Below are positions 10,603-20,571 of a stretch of DNA of 64,000 nt, piece by piece (positions within the stretch are counted from its first letter, which is position 1; each line of letters starts with the position of its first letter). Made by a program: the position numbers and the translations under genes. The notes beneath the pieces were generated by a model that was not told the origin of the DNA, ran no database searches, and was given only the letters and a program-made list of their open reading frames with translations. The DNA is from an uncultured archaeon (GTDB lineage Archaea; Asgardarchaeota; Lokiarchaeia; Sigyniarchaeales; SOKP01), in contig CAYUTF010000001.1 of the NCBI GenBank assembly GCA_964447495.1, forward strand, positions 32,001-96,000, in the 5' to 3' direction.

Positions 10603-13017
10603 TTATATTCTATTGATATAGCATGATAAATCTTTCTGGATGAGGTTTCGATTATGATTGTTATCTAAGAGATCATCTAATTCAGGAAAATCAAGGGGAA
10701 ATAGATTCTCAAAAGCTCTTTTCAATATTTCAATATATTTCTTTTTATCATATCGATGTTTTTTCTCATCATAGAGATCTGAAAGGATGACTTTCCTTTC
10801 AGGGAATGCCTGATCCGCGTCAGCATCGAGAATGATATAGCGTATCTTTTTCCCTGCGGATGCAACTACTCCTGAGTTCTCCAGTTGTTTTGCTGCGACG
10901 GCTTGATATGAATTTACTTTGTATTTGGAAGGTTTACGAGATATTCTTTGACAGATTGTTAAATCTTCTTTCGAAATATTACCCATTTCAATATGATTTA
11001 CATAATGATATAATCGTGCTTTCGCTTCAGGAATTCTCCTTTTAAATTCCTCAACTGTTTTTGCCCCTTTAAAAACGTCAATAAAAGAGTATTGCGCATC
11101 TTTAATGACTTTGGGTATGTCTCTGCGTCGAACTTCTATTCCCCTTACCTTTATTTCATTTTTACTTTTTATACCCCAATAGTGACTCAATGCGGGAACA
11201 TCAGCCTCTGCTCGAGAAGGTAGAAATACAATAATATCAAATCTTCCATCCCAACTCATTGGAATTCTGGTTTCATCAGTAATCTCTTGAGCAAGTTGTT
11301 TAGTTACTATCTCAAACTCTTCTGGAGTTCTATTATTCGTATCTTGAAGCCACATTGAGTCAACGATTCCGTGAATTACTTTACAGCCATATTTTTCAGC
11401 AATCTCAGCAGAACGCATAAGGAATTCACGAGCAAAGGCACAAACCGTTTGGTGGGCCTCAATTTTTCCGAAACGAGCATTTTTAAACCCTAAATATCCA
11501 AAACTTACCACTAAAACCCATTTTAGCGCGATATCCGTGAACTTATAACGCAACTCTCCCGTCTTTCTTACATGTTCTTTATACTTGAGTCTTTTATTCA
11601 ATGGCAAACTAATTGATTTCGATATAATACCTTGTCTCTTTGAACAAATATGAAAATCTAATCCAGGTACTTTTATTCCTGTATTGTCATCTTTGCAGCA
11701 TTGGCAATTAATTGTTTCAGAAGAGATATTGAAGTTAGCCATCAAAGACGGGTACATTGAAGAGAAGTCTAACTCCACAACTTGAGCAAAAATGCCAATC
11801 TTTGGTTCAAAAATGTGGCCACCACGATCACTTTTAATAAGATCCATACCTGTATTGAATCCTTCGGGGCTTTTCTTGAAAGGAGGGATCAGATAATCAA
11901 GTTTGTAGGCATAATAATACTGTATTGACTGGAGTGCTCCACCAATTGTAATACGAGATAATCTCTGTAGTGAGACACGGGAAATACGTGCAACTTCAAT
12001 AACTCCCGGAATATTTCCTTCAGTGAAATGAAGGCTCGCATATGAAGTTGTATCCAGATGAAACCGGCCAGAAAAGTAGACTTGTGTTTTCGAACGATGC
12101 CTTATTATTCCATAGGACATATAATGATCGGATCTTCCTGAAAGATTGAAAATACACTCTGCTAGGGGGGTTTTATCTCGAGAGAAATAAAGTTCCTTTG
12201 TTATACGATTAACTGATGCTCGAGCAGCTAAGTAGGGGAATACAAATTCATCCCCTCTTTGAGTAAGTATTATGTCAGGATCCAGTTTCTCTATAATCCT
12301 ACTAATTTCTTTTATATTTTCTACCTCATCAGCATTATTTATTAAGAATTTTCTTTTTTTATATCCATCAGCGCGTGGAACGTTATTTTCGTCATTTTCG
12401 ACAATGCTTATTTCAGCATACGCCATAGGATCGTCATAATAGGATCTAATTCCCCGCTGCTGAACTTTTACATCTAACCAAACTGCTTTTAGGGGAGGAA
12501 GGTCATAAAATAGTTTTTCATTATCATCATTAAGGTGTAGAGAGCGTAAGTTCATGCTATCTTGATCGCTTTTTTTGTCCTTTTTTATTTCAACATTGAA
12601 GTCGCAGAGAGACATAGGGAATAAATCATTGACATAATAATACATTTGAGCAATAGGAAGATCTGTATTATAAAGAATAAAAAGACCGATTTCATTGACT
12701 TCTTGAATTACTTTCTTAAAGAAAGCGGGTTTTATTACAGAAATTCCAAGGAGTTTGGTCTTTTTATGATCTTCCAGTTTCACATATTTTTCACAAATTC
12801 TTACAGACTTGACATTATGATTTTGTTCCAGAATATGCTTAAACCGTTTTAAATCATTCCCAACGCTCTTTCTTGGAACAGCAAAAAACTCTGGAGAAAA
12901 AGAATGATGAATTCTCACAACTTTTTGCTCACTAACATTCTTTACCCAAAGAATTACCCCTTCACTGAATGTTGAGACATCTAAAAGCCAACCAGCAAAA
13001 TTTTGTTCTTGCGGCAA
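10603..13017 (-). CDS. polB2: Family B DNA polymerase, PolB2 (Dpo2-like) subfamily
   Basis: Motif A ELDFSSMYPS, motif B KWVLVVSFGYLG, motif C HGIVDS (replacing YGDTDS, typical of PolB2), KVRGIEVRRRD; C-terminal PIP-like QKDLSCY. Confidence 0.9.
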   Translation of the reverse strand: MPQEQNFAGWLLDVSTFSEGVILWVKNVSEQKVVRIHHSFSPEFFAVPRKSVGNDLKRFKHILEQNHNVKSVRICEKYVKLEDHKKTKLLGISVIKPAFFKKVIQEVNEIGLFILYNTDLPIAQMYYYVNDLFPMSLCDFNVEIKKDKKSDQDSMNLRSLHLNDDNEKLFYDLPPLKAVWLDVKVQQRGIRSYYDDPMAYAEISIVENDENNVPRADGYKKRKFLINNADEVENIKEISRIIEKLDPDIILTQRGDEFVFPYLAARASVNRITKELYFSRDKTPLAECIFNLSGRSDHYMSYGIIRHRSKTQVYFSGRFHLDTTSYASLHFTEGNIPGVIEVARISRVSLQRLSRITIGGALQSIQYYYAYKLDYLIPPFKKSPEGFNTGMDLIKSDRGGHIFEPKIGIFAQVVELDFSSMYPSLMANFNISSETINCQCCKDDNTGIKVPGLDFHICSKRQGIISKSISLPLNKRLKYKEHVRKTGELRYKFTDIALKWVLVVSFGYLGFKNARFGKIEAHQTVCAFAREFLMRSAEIAEKYGCKVIHGIVDSMWLQDTNNRTPEEFEIVTKQLAQEITDETRIPMSWDGRFDIIVFLPSRAEADVPALSHYWGIKSKNEIKVRGIEVRRRDIPKVIKDAQYSFIDVFKGAKTVEEFKRRIPEAKARLYHYVNHIEMGNISKEDLTICQRISRKPSKYKVNSYQAVAAKQLENSGVVASAGKKIRYIILDADADQAFPERKVILSDLYDEKKHRYDKKKYIEILKRAFENLFPLDFPELDDLLDNNHNRNLIQKDLSCYINRI

Positions 13018-13018
13018 A

Positions 13019-13291
13019 TTAACTTTTCTCTTTAATTATTTCTTCTAACTCTTTGATATGATTTTCCAAGAGCTCAATTCTTTTCTCTTGTTCAATAGCA
13101 AACGAAATAAAGAGGATTTCTGAAAGCATTGGACGTGCTCCTAAGCTACCAGCATCAGCATGAATACGCGCATAGTTCATCAATTTGTCAAAAATTTTTT
13201 GATCCACTGGTCTAAGCGCTCTTTTATAATCTTTCCAGCTTTCAATTTCATGTTCAAGCGCGGGTCTAAACGCAGGTACAGTTCTTCCCAT
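13019..13291 (-). CDS. Small PolB2-associated helical protein (arCOG07300-like)
   Basis: MGRTVPAFR...W..YKRALR..DQ..FD.L signature; directly upstream of polB2 (1-nt gap); ATG at 13291 preferred over TTG at 13309. Confidence 0.75.
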   Translation of the reverse strand: MGRTVPAFRPALEHEIESWKDYKRALRPVDQKIFDKLMNYARIHADAGSLGARPMLSEILFISFAIEQEKRIELLENHIKELEEIIKEKS

Positions 13292-13438
13292 CAAAACACC
13301 ACAAAACAAAATGACGAATCACATTAAAAAAACAATACATCGCTAATTTTTTGATTTATATTTAAAGCAATAAGATATAAGAATAAATAGAACTTTAACG
13401 TTCTAAAAATTATAATATAAAAATTTCCATATTGAAAA

Positions 13439-14410
13439 ATGACATATCGGATAATAGATAGTTTGTGCTATGTCCCTACGGAAGAGGTTTTTATTGATCT
13501 CTTAGTTTCTTTGCCGCCTCAGATGTCTCGATATTTAAAAGATGTTTTTGGTCCAAGAGTTGCTCCATTGTTAGGAATAAGTGCTGAAGAGCTTTATAAT
13601 ATGAAATCAACGTTAACTGTGGAAGAATTGAAAGCCGCAATTAAACCTTTTATGCCTAAAATAAGAAAATTAACTATGAGTATAGAGGAGTTCGTTGACC
13701 AACTTAATAAGATGGGAGTGGAAAAGGCGGTCATTTTTAATCTTGATGAAGAAACACCTAGTGGAATTGCAGGACTTCCAAATGATTACTATGCGGATAT
13801 TGTAAAAAACTACCCAGAAAAGTTTATTGGATTTGCGGGAATAGACCCTCTGAAAAAAATGAAAGCCGTGAGAGAGATTAATAGATGTTACGACTTAGGT
13901 CTTAGAGGTGTAGCAGTTCGTCCTTTTATGTTTGGAATACCGCCACATGATGCAAAAATGTATCCCATCTACTCGAAGTGTGTAGAACTTGATATACCAA
14001 TTTGGTTCCATCTCTCAATCAATTATTCAGCAAACTCTATGGAGGTTGAGCGTCCCATTTATTTGGATGTAGTTGCTCAAGATTTTCCAGAATTGAAAGT
14101 TATCGCGGGACATGGAGGATGGCCCTGGGTAGATGAATTAGTTGCTGTTGCATGGAAAAATCCTAATATCTACATTGATATCGCTTCTTATCTTCCTAAA
14201 TACATTGGAATGAAAGGAACTGGCTGGGAACCCCTTATTCATTATGGCAATTCCATATTACAGGATAAAATACTATTTGGATCAACATGGCTATTTATGG
14301 GAACAACCATTAAAAAACTTGCTGATGCTGTTATGGCATTACCATTGAAAGAAGAAGTTAAAAAAAAATGGTTGTATCATAATGCGGCAAAACTTTTAGG
14401 AATTGAATGA
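13439..14410 (+). CDS. Amidohydrolase family 2 (TIM-barrel metal-dependent hydrolase)
   Basis: FIGFAGIDP, YPIYSKCVELDIPIWFH, VIAGHGGWPW, KILFGS. Confidence 0.85.
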   Translation: MTYRIIDSLCYVPTEEVFIDLLVSLPPQMSRYLKDVFGPRVAPLLGISAEELYNMKSTLTVEELKAAIKPFMPKIRKLTMSIEEFVDQLNKMGVEKAVIFNLDEETPSGIAGLPNDYYADIVKNYPEKFIGFAGIDPLKKMKAVREINRCYDLGLRGVAVRPFMFGIPPHDAKMYPIYSKCVELDIPIWFHLSINYSANSMEVERPIYLDVVAQDFPELKVIAGHGGWPWVDELVAVAWKNPNIYIDIASYLPKYIGMKGTGWEPLIHYGNSILQDKILFGSTWLFMGTTIKKLADAVMALPLKEEVKKKWLYHNAAKLLGIE

Positions 14411-14450
14411 ATCAGGAGTTATATCAATTAATATAATAATTTAAATTAAA

Positions 14451-14897
14451 ATGAGTGGGAGATATTGTTTTATGTCAGTCTATTTGAATGATCATGTACC
14501 TTGTGGGATTTACTGTAAAAGATGTCCAGGCATGAAGGTTTATAATTGTAAAGGATGCAGAGAGCAAAAAGGGCAAATAAAGGATTTCCCTACGTGCAAA
14601 ACCTATGAATGCGTTACAACGAAAGGATATAATTTTTGTTTTGAATGCGATGATTTTCCATGCGAAAAGCTGCAACCCATTGTAAATTTTGAAATATTCA
14701 TGCCACATAATTCCAAAATTTATAACTTACTTATGATCAAAAAGTTAAGCCTAGTAAAATGGAATGAAATCTGTGAGGAACAATCAGATTTATATTATAA
14801 AGGACATAAAGTTCGATATGGAGGAGATAACCTTACTTTAGAAAAGAAAGATCCAAATCTCTATAAACATAAAAAGGAAGAGGAAACAAAAGGCTAA
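14451..14897 (+). CDS. Cys-rich DUF3795-like protein
   Basis: PCGIYCKRCP...CKGCR...C.TY.C...GYNFCFECDDFPCEKL. Confidence 0.75.
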   Translation: MSGRYCFMSVYLNDHVPCGIYCKRCPGMKVYNCKGCREQKGQIKDFPTCKTYECVTTKGYNFCFECDDFPCEKLQPIVNFEIFMPHNSKIYNLLMIKKLSLVKWNEICEEQSDLYYKGHKVRYGGDNLTLEKKDPNLYKHKKEEETKG

Positions 14898-15649
14898 AAC
14901 CAACAGTCCAATGTTAAATTTCTTAACGGAACTTTTCTTTTTGATTCAGCGGGTTTCCATTTTACAAGCTTCTTTTCTTGGAGAAAGGGGTGTTGGATAA
15001 GAGTATATTCAATAAAACGATCTTTGTCATTTATTAAGACTAATACATTCCCAAAATGCGAAAGAATTTTTCCGCCTTTTGGTCTAAAGAGCGAATATTC
15101 ATTTAAAGGAGCAGTTATGATTATTAATGGCTTAGTCTTGGAAAGTATTGCCTTAATTCCGCTTATTGCTCGCAGTAAATCTTCAAATGTCTGCTTTTCA
15201 TAGCTTTGAAATAAGGTTGTAATCCCTGAAATCAAAACAACCTTTATATGTTCAAGTTTTGAAAGGCGATTTTCGAGAAGCTCAACCATTTGATCCCATG
15301 TGAACGCTCGAGCTATAAGAATATTCTCCAATGTTTTTGAAGGCGATAGATTCTGAGTGACTGCAAACTTACTTACATCATATGGATTAAATCGATTATT
15401 CCCATCAATAAAGGCTATCTTATTACCACCCCCTCCAAGCCCACCGTTTAAAAAGGACTTTTGCGAAATAACTGCTGTCGTCAGCAAGATGTTTGTAGTA
15501 ACCTTTTTATCTCCATAAAGCAGATATACTAAATCCTTCTGAAATCCACCCTGTAGTATTTCATCAAGTGTGGAATCTCCGCTTGAGAGGAGTGGGATGC
15601 TCTTTCCTTTCTTATAAAACCCGAAACCTGAATGAAACGACATCAACAC
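14894..15649 (-). CDS. RecA/RadA-fold protein with degenerate Walker A (PolB2-cassette partner, ImuA-like)
   Basis: SSGDSTLDEILQGG, FIDGNNRFNPY, LENILIARAFTWDQM; P-loop reads YGDKKVTT (no GKT); ends in PIP-like NLTLDCWF. Confidence 0.8.
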   Translation of the reverse strand: MLMSFHSGFGFYKKGKSIPLLSSGDSTLDEILQGGFQKDLVYLLYGDKKVTTNILLTTAVISQKSFLNGGLGGGGNKIAFIDGNNRFNPYDVSKFAVTQNLSPSKTLENILIARAFTWDQMVELLENRLSKLEHIKVVLISGITTLFQSYEKQTFEDLLRAISGIKAILSKTKPLIIITAPLNEYSLFRPKGGKILSHFGNVLVLINDKDRFIEYTLIQHPFLQEKKLVKWKPAESKRKVPLRNLTLDCWF

Positions 15650-16028
15650 ATATAAGGATCTGTAAAACTAAAATTGGGTTACCCCGACAATTTTCTGAAA
15701 TTTGACTTTATATTACAGACTTATGGTAGAGGGGAGTTATCAAGAGAATGGTAGTAAATTTAAAAGTACTATTGTTATAGGGAGACTGAGAGAGGATATT
15801 GGAAGTAAATATAGAATGAAGGGATTATGAAGTAAGAAGAGTACCGACGAAATTTATCTCTTCAAGATTGAAAGGTTTTAATATGATTTTTAAGAATTTT
15901 TGTAAAGTAAGTGTCATCATAATTGTCAATTTTAGGATAAATAATATGCGAAAAAGATCAAATTCTACTTAAAACTTTAAATCTTATTCTATCAATAATA
16001 AATAATAACAAATTTAAAAAGAAATTTA

Positions 16029-17765
16029 ATGAAAAAAGGAATAAATAATATGTCAAGTCCATATGTAAGTAGATTCTGGAAAAAAAATTGGGATCCAAAT
16101 GTCAAAGACATTGATCCGAAAGAATTTGACACTACGTATCCCGAAATGATAAAAGAAACCTTCAAAGAGTATTCTAATAAGATGGCATTAGAATATTTAG
16201 GAGTTGAGATTACTTTTAAGGAAGTAGATGAATACTCAAATCAATTTGCCCACATGTTAATTGATCATGGTTTTAAAAAGGGAGATGTAGTTGGTATTAA
16301 TTTGCCTAATACGCCTCAATATATAATTGCATTGGTTGGAACATTAAAAGCAGGATGTATCGTTTCTGGTGTCTCTCCGTTACTTTCAGCAGTTCAAATA
16401 CAATATCAAATTAATGATTTAGGATCTGGAGGAAAGCAAGTTGCTTTAATTACTCTTGACGCTATTTTTGCAGGGCACATTGTAAAAATAGCCGAGAAGA
16501 TGCCACAATTAAAGTTAGTGATTACTACAGGCGTCGCAAGTTTCTTACCTAAAATTAAACAAGTCTTAGGGAAGGCTCTTGGGAAAGTACCTAAAGGAAA
16601 AGTAACACCTCTGGAGGGAAAGACGGTAGTTGATCTTCATAAAGATGTATTTGGAAAGTATTCTAAAGATCCTGTAAACGTAGACATAAAGCCAGATGAT
16701 ATTGGTTGGATTCAATATACTGGAGGAACAACAGGACCTCCAAAAGGTGCAATGCTTAGCCACAGGAATTGTATATCAAATATGAAAAGTATCATTGCTT
16801 GGCTCCAATGGGAGCAAGGCAAAGGTACTTTATGCAGTGGCTTTCCGTACTTCCATATTGCTGGTTTAACGGTTTGTGAAAGTTCTCTTTCTGCGGGATT
16901 CGGGCAATTAGTAATTCCAAATCCAAGAGATACTGATCATATCGTTAAGGTGATGAAAAAATATCATCCAACAAATCTTGTGAATGTTCCATCTTTATAT
17001 CAAATGCTAATCAAGAATCCAAAATTTAGAGAAATAGATCATTCTCAATTAGGAACTTGTGTATCAGCCGCAGCGCCATTTCCAAAGGAATCTCAAGAAG
17101 AATTAGAAGATATTATCGGGGAAGGTAAATTATTGGAGCTTTATGGTATGACGGAATTATCACCCGTAGCAACCATGAACCCTTCATTAGGGAAAAAAAT
17201 TCTTGGAACTGTTGGATTACCTATACAAAATGTAGAGTTAAAATTGGTGGATCCGGATACCAGAAAAGAAGTTCCACTGGGAGAACCAGGTGAGATCTGT
17301 TGTCGCGGACCTTTAGTTATGAAAGGATACTACAATAAGCCAGAGGAAACAAAAAAAGCAATCGATGCAGATGGTTATATGCATAGCGGGGACGTTGGGG
17401 TAATGGATGAAAATGGATATGTAAGAATTGTTGACAGAACAAAAGACATGATAATTGTAGGTGGATATAAAGTATTCTCGACTAAAGTAGAAGATACTCT
17501 AATGAAACATCCTGCAATTGGAATGATTGCTCTAATTGGAGAGCCTAATCCTGATCGACCAGGTTCGGAAATAGTTAATGCGTATATACAGCTAAATCCC
17601 GACTATCCTTATGATGGTAATGAAGATAATTTAAAGAACGAAATCGAAACCTTTGCTAAAGAGCAGTGTGCTCCTTATGAAGTTCCAAAAAAGATTCATA
17701 TCATGAAGGAAATACCCTTAACCGCAGTAGGAAAGGTTGATAAGAAAGTATTACGTCAAAAATAA
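16029..17765 (+). CDS. fadD: Long-chain fatty acid-CoA ligase (AMP-binding)
   Basis: YTGGTTGPPKG, YGMTE, SGDVG...DRTKDMI, PLTAVGKVDKK; real start may be 16050. Confidence 0.9.
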   Translation: MKKGINNMSSPYVSRFWKKNWDPNVKDIDPKEFDTTYPEMIKETFKEYSNKMALEYLGVEITFKEVDEYSNQFAHMLIDHGFKKGDVVGINLPNTPQYIIALVGTLKAGCIVSGVSPLLSAVQIQYQINDLGSGGKQVALITLDAIFAGHIVKIAEKMPQLKLVITTGVASFLPKIKQVLGKALGKVPKGKVTPLEGKTVVDLHKDVFGKYSKDPVNVDIKPDDIGWIQYTGGTTGPPKGAMLSHRNCISNMKSIIAWLQWEQGKGTLCSGFPYFHIAGLTVCESSLSAGFGQLVIPNPRDTDHIVKVMKKYHPTNLVNVPSLYQMLIKNPKFREIDHSQLGTCVSAAAPFPKESQEELEDIIGEGKLLELYGMTELSPVATMNPSLGKKILGTVGLPIQNVELKLVDPDTRKEVPLGEPGEICCRGPLVMKGYYNKPEETKKAIDADGYMHSGDVGVMDENGYVRIVDRTKDMIIVGGYKVFSTKVEDTLMKHPAIGMIALIGEPNPDRPGSEIVNAYIQLNPDYPYDGNEDNLKNEIETFAKEQCAPYEVPKKIHIMKEIPLTAVGKVDKKVLRQK

Positions 17766-17975
17766 TTTACTTTAATTATTATTTTTTTTATTTTATTATT
17801 TTTAAATATTTGTTCATCTATAACTTAGAAACTATAAAATATTAAAATAAAAGATGGGCAAATTTTGGTTTTTTTTAATTTTTATGTTAATTAATTTTGA
17901 TTTTTAATAAATCTTTTTAATGAAATCCAACCTAATTAATATTACAAATTTTATTTAATAAAAAGTGACTAAATT

Positions 17976-19688
17976 ATGTCAAATCCGTATGAAACGAGAT
18001 TTTGGCGCGAAAATTGGGATAAAGGGCTCTCGGATTTAGATCCTAGTGTGTGGGAAACAACTTATGCGAATGCAGTAAGAGATACTTTCTTGTCTTTTCC
18101 TGATAAGATTGCTCTAGCATACCAAGGATTAGAAATAAGTTTTGCTGAAGTTGATAATTATTCTAATCAGTTTGCCAACATGTTAATAGAAAACGGTTTT
18201 AAGAAAGGTGATGTTGTAGGAATCAATTTAGCCAACATTCCGGAATATGTATATGCCCTTCTTGGAACTTTAAAGGCTGGTTGCATCGTATCTGGTGTAA
18301 GTCCTCTAATGTCCGAATTGCAAATGCATTATCAAATAAATGATTTAGGTTCTGGAGGAAAAAATGTTGCGTTAGTGACTTTAGATGCCATTTTCGAACA
18401 TCGTTTAACTAAAATTGCAGATAAATTACCACAACTTAAAATTGTTGTCGTGACAAGTGTTATTGGATCATTTGATAAAGAATCAAGAGAAAAGATCAAA
18501 GCTGTCAAGGAAATTCCTAGTGGTACGGTTACTCCACTTGAGGGGAAGAAAGTGTTAGATTTTCAAGATGATATACTGGCTAAATATTCAACTGCTTTAC
18601 CTAAAGTTGATATTAATCCTGAGGATATCGCGTTTATTCAATATACGGGTGGAACCACAGGACCACCTAAAGGAGCCATGCTTACACACCGTAATTGCGT
18701 TTCTGATCTGTTAATTGTTCAGACTTGGCTTGGATGGGAAAAAGGAAAAGGCATAGCATTATCAGGTTTTCCATTTTTCCATATCGCAGGGACATTCTTC
18801 TTGGAAAACTGTATCTATTTAGGTTGGACACAAGTATTAATACCAGACCCCCGAGATGCATTACATATATGCAACGAAATTAAGAAATATCAACCAACTG
18901 CTCTTGTAAATGTACCCTCATTATATCAGATCTTAATAAATTTTCGCAAGTTTAAAAGATTAGACCATTCGAAGGTAGAAGTATGCATTTCTGCAGCTTC
19001 ACCCTTTCCAGTAGAATCTCAAAAGGCACTCGAAGGTATTGTAGGGGAGGGTAAATTATTAGAAGTGTATGGTATGACTGAAACGTCGCCACTCACTACG
19101 ATGAATCCGATGTGGGGCAAGCGCATGCTTGGTTCGATTGGCTTACCATTATTAAATACAGAACTAAAACTGATGGATCCTGAATCGGGTAATTTGGTAC
19201 CCTTAGGAGAACCAGGGGAGATCTGCGTGCGAGGGGCTATGGTAATGAAAGGTTATTATAACAAACCTGAAGAGACGGCTAAAGCGATTGATGCAGATGG
19301 CTTTATGCACACTGGTGATATTGGGGTAATGGATGAGGAGGGCTATTTAAAAATAGTTGATAGGACCAAAGATATGATAATTGTGGGAGGGTTTAAGGTA
19401 TTTTCAGCGAAAGTTGAAGATACCCTAGTTAAGCACCCCGCTGTCGGTATAGTAGCTTTAATTGGCGTTCCGAATCCCGATAGACCTGGTTCTGAAATTG
19501 TTAAAGCATATATCCAATTGAATCCGGATTATGAATATGATGGCAATGAGGCAACTTTAAGAGAAGATATAATAGCTTTTGCGAAGGAGAATTGCGCGCC
19601 TTATGAAGTACCAAAAATAATAGAAATTTCGAAAGAGTTACCTCTTACGACTGTAGGGAAGATAGATAAGAAGATTCTTCGAAATTAA
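17976..19688 (+). CDS. fadD: Long-chain fatty acid-CoA ligase, tandem paralog
   Basis: Same adenylation motifs; colinear with and highly similar to 16029-17765. Confidence 0.9.
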   Translation: MSNPYETRFWRENWDKGLSDLDPSVWETTYANAVRDTFLSFPDKIALAYQGLEISFAEVDNYSNQFANMLIENGFKKGDVVGINLANIPEYVYALLGTLKAGCIVSGVSPLMSELQMHYQINDLGSGGKNVALVTLDAIFEHRLTKIADKLPQLKIVVVTSVIGSFDKESREKIKAVKEIPSGTVTPLEGKKVLDFQDDILAKYSTALPKVDINPEDIAFIQYTGGTTGPPKGAMLTHRNCVSDLLIVQTWLGWEKGKGIALSGFPFFHIAGTFFLENCIYLGWTQVLIPDPRDALHICNEIKKYQPTALVNVPSLYQILINFRKFKRLDHSKVEVCISAASPFPVESQKALEGIVGEGKLLEVYGMTETSPLTTMNPMWGKRMLGSIGLPLLNTELKLMDPESGNLVPLGEPGEICVRGAMVMKGYYNKPEETAKAIDADGFMHTGDIGVMDEEGYLKIVDRTKDMIIVGGFKVFSAKVEDTLVKHPAVGIVALIGVPNPDRPGSEIVKAYIQLNPDYEYDGNEATLREDIIAFAKENCAPYEVPKIIEISKELPLTTVGKIDKKILRN

Positions 19689-19831
19689 AAATATTTTAAT
19701 AACTCTCTTTTTTTTGTTAAAAAATGTTAAGATTTAACCCTATATATAAATGGAGTATAACCTAATTCCCGAATAAATGCTAATTTTTAAAATCTGTAAA
19801 CCAATATAAGATAAATAAGGAGTAAAACAGA

Positions 19832-19969
19832 ATGAAGAAGGAAACAACGTTAAAATGTGGGTTTTGTAATAAAGAATTAGAGAAAGAGAATATCATTAGT
19901 GTTAAATGGGGAGTCCATACGTTACTCAAATGTACCTATTGTAATGCTATCCTAGGAGTAGCATATTAG
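19832..19969 (+). CDS. Small zinc-finger protein (45 aa; absent from the ORF track)
   Basis: MKKETTLKCGFCNKELEKENIISVKWGVHTLLKCTYCNAILGVAY: two CxxC, ending CxxCxxILG; AGGAG about 10 nt upstream. Confidence 0.7.
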   Translation: MKKETTLKCGFCNKELEKENIISVKWGVHTLLKCTYCNAILGVAY

Positions 19970-19993
19970 GAGGGCCTTTTAGAATTTTAATTT

Positions 19994-20524
19994 TTAATTA
20001 TTATTATAAATCGTATGGAAACCAGGACACACTTTCCAATTAGCGTTATATTCACAATTTTTACATGTTTTTAGAAAATTATAGGCATGGTATCCATTCA
20101 AAATTACGATGAGTATCCCGAATATTAATATAAAATTAAGGAGATTAACAAAAATATTAGAAGAAAACGTCCATATCCACCAAAATAGAAAAACTGAGCC
20201 TATTCCGATGAAAAATTTCTGTATTATTTTGACAGCTTTTATCTTTGTCAGATTTAGCGGACTAAGTATAAAAAAAGAAAAAAAAATTATCCCAAATAAT
20301 AAAAGAGTTGTTGAATTAAATAGAAGATAAATTTTAAATACGTGAAATAATACAATACCAATTATTGCAGTTGGATATCCAATATAACATCCAATACAAA
20401 ATCTCAAGGTCCCTATTTTTATAGTGTGATTCTTATATTCATCACATTCTGGGTGGTGACTTAATAAAATGCGTTTATATTTACGGAAATTAGATTTTAA
20501 TGAGTTCTTTTTTTGATTTTGCAT
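19994..20524 (-). CDS. Membrane protein with conserved Cys/His (DUF2085-like)
   Basis: SHHPEC...H...FCIGC, 4 TM segments, C-terminal CKNC...C. Confidence 0.6.
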   Translation of the reverse strand: MQNQKKNSLKSNFRKYKRILLSHHPECDEYKNHTIKIGTLRFCIGCYIGYPTAIIGIVLFHVFKIYLLFNSTTLLLFGIIFFSFFILSPLNLTKIKAVKIIQKFFIGIGSVFLFWWIWTFSSNIFVNLLNFILIFGILIVILNGYHAYNFLKTCKNCEYNANWKVCPGFHTIYNNN

Positions 20525-20571
20525 AAGACTTGACCATTAAATTTACCATTCAACTCTTTTATTCATATCAC

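Noticed and set aside
16029-19688. Tandem fadD pair as a novel system
   Set aside because: Acyl-CoA ligase expansions are ordinary for this kind of genome; both are intact standard enzymes.
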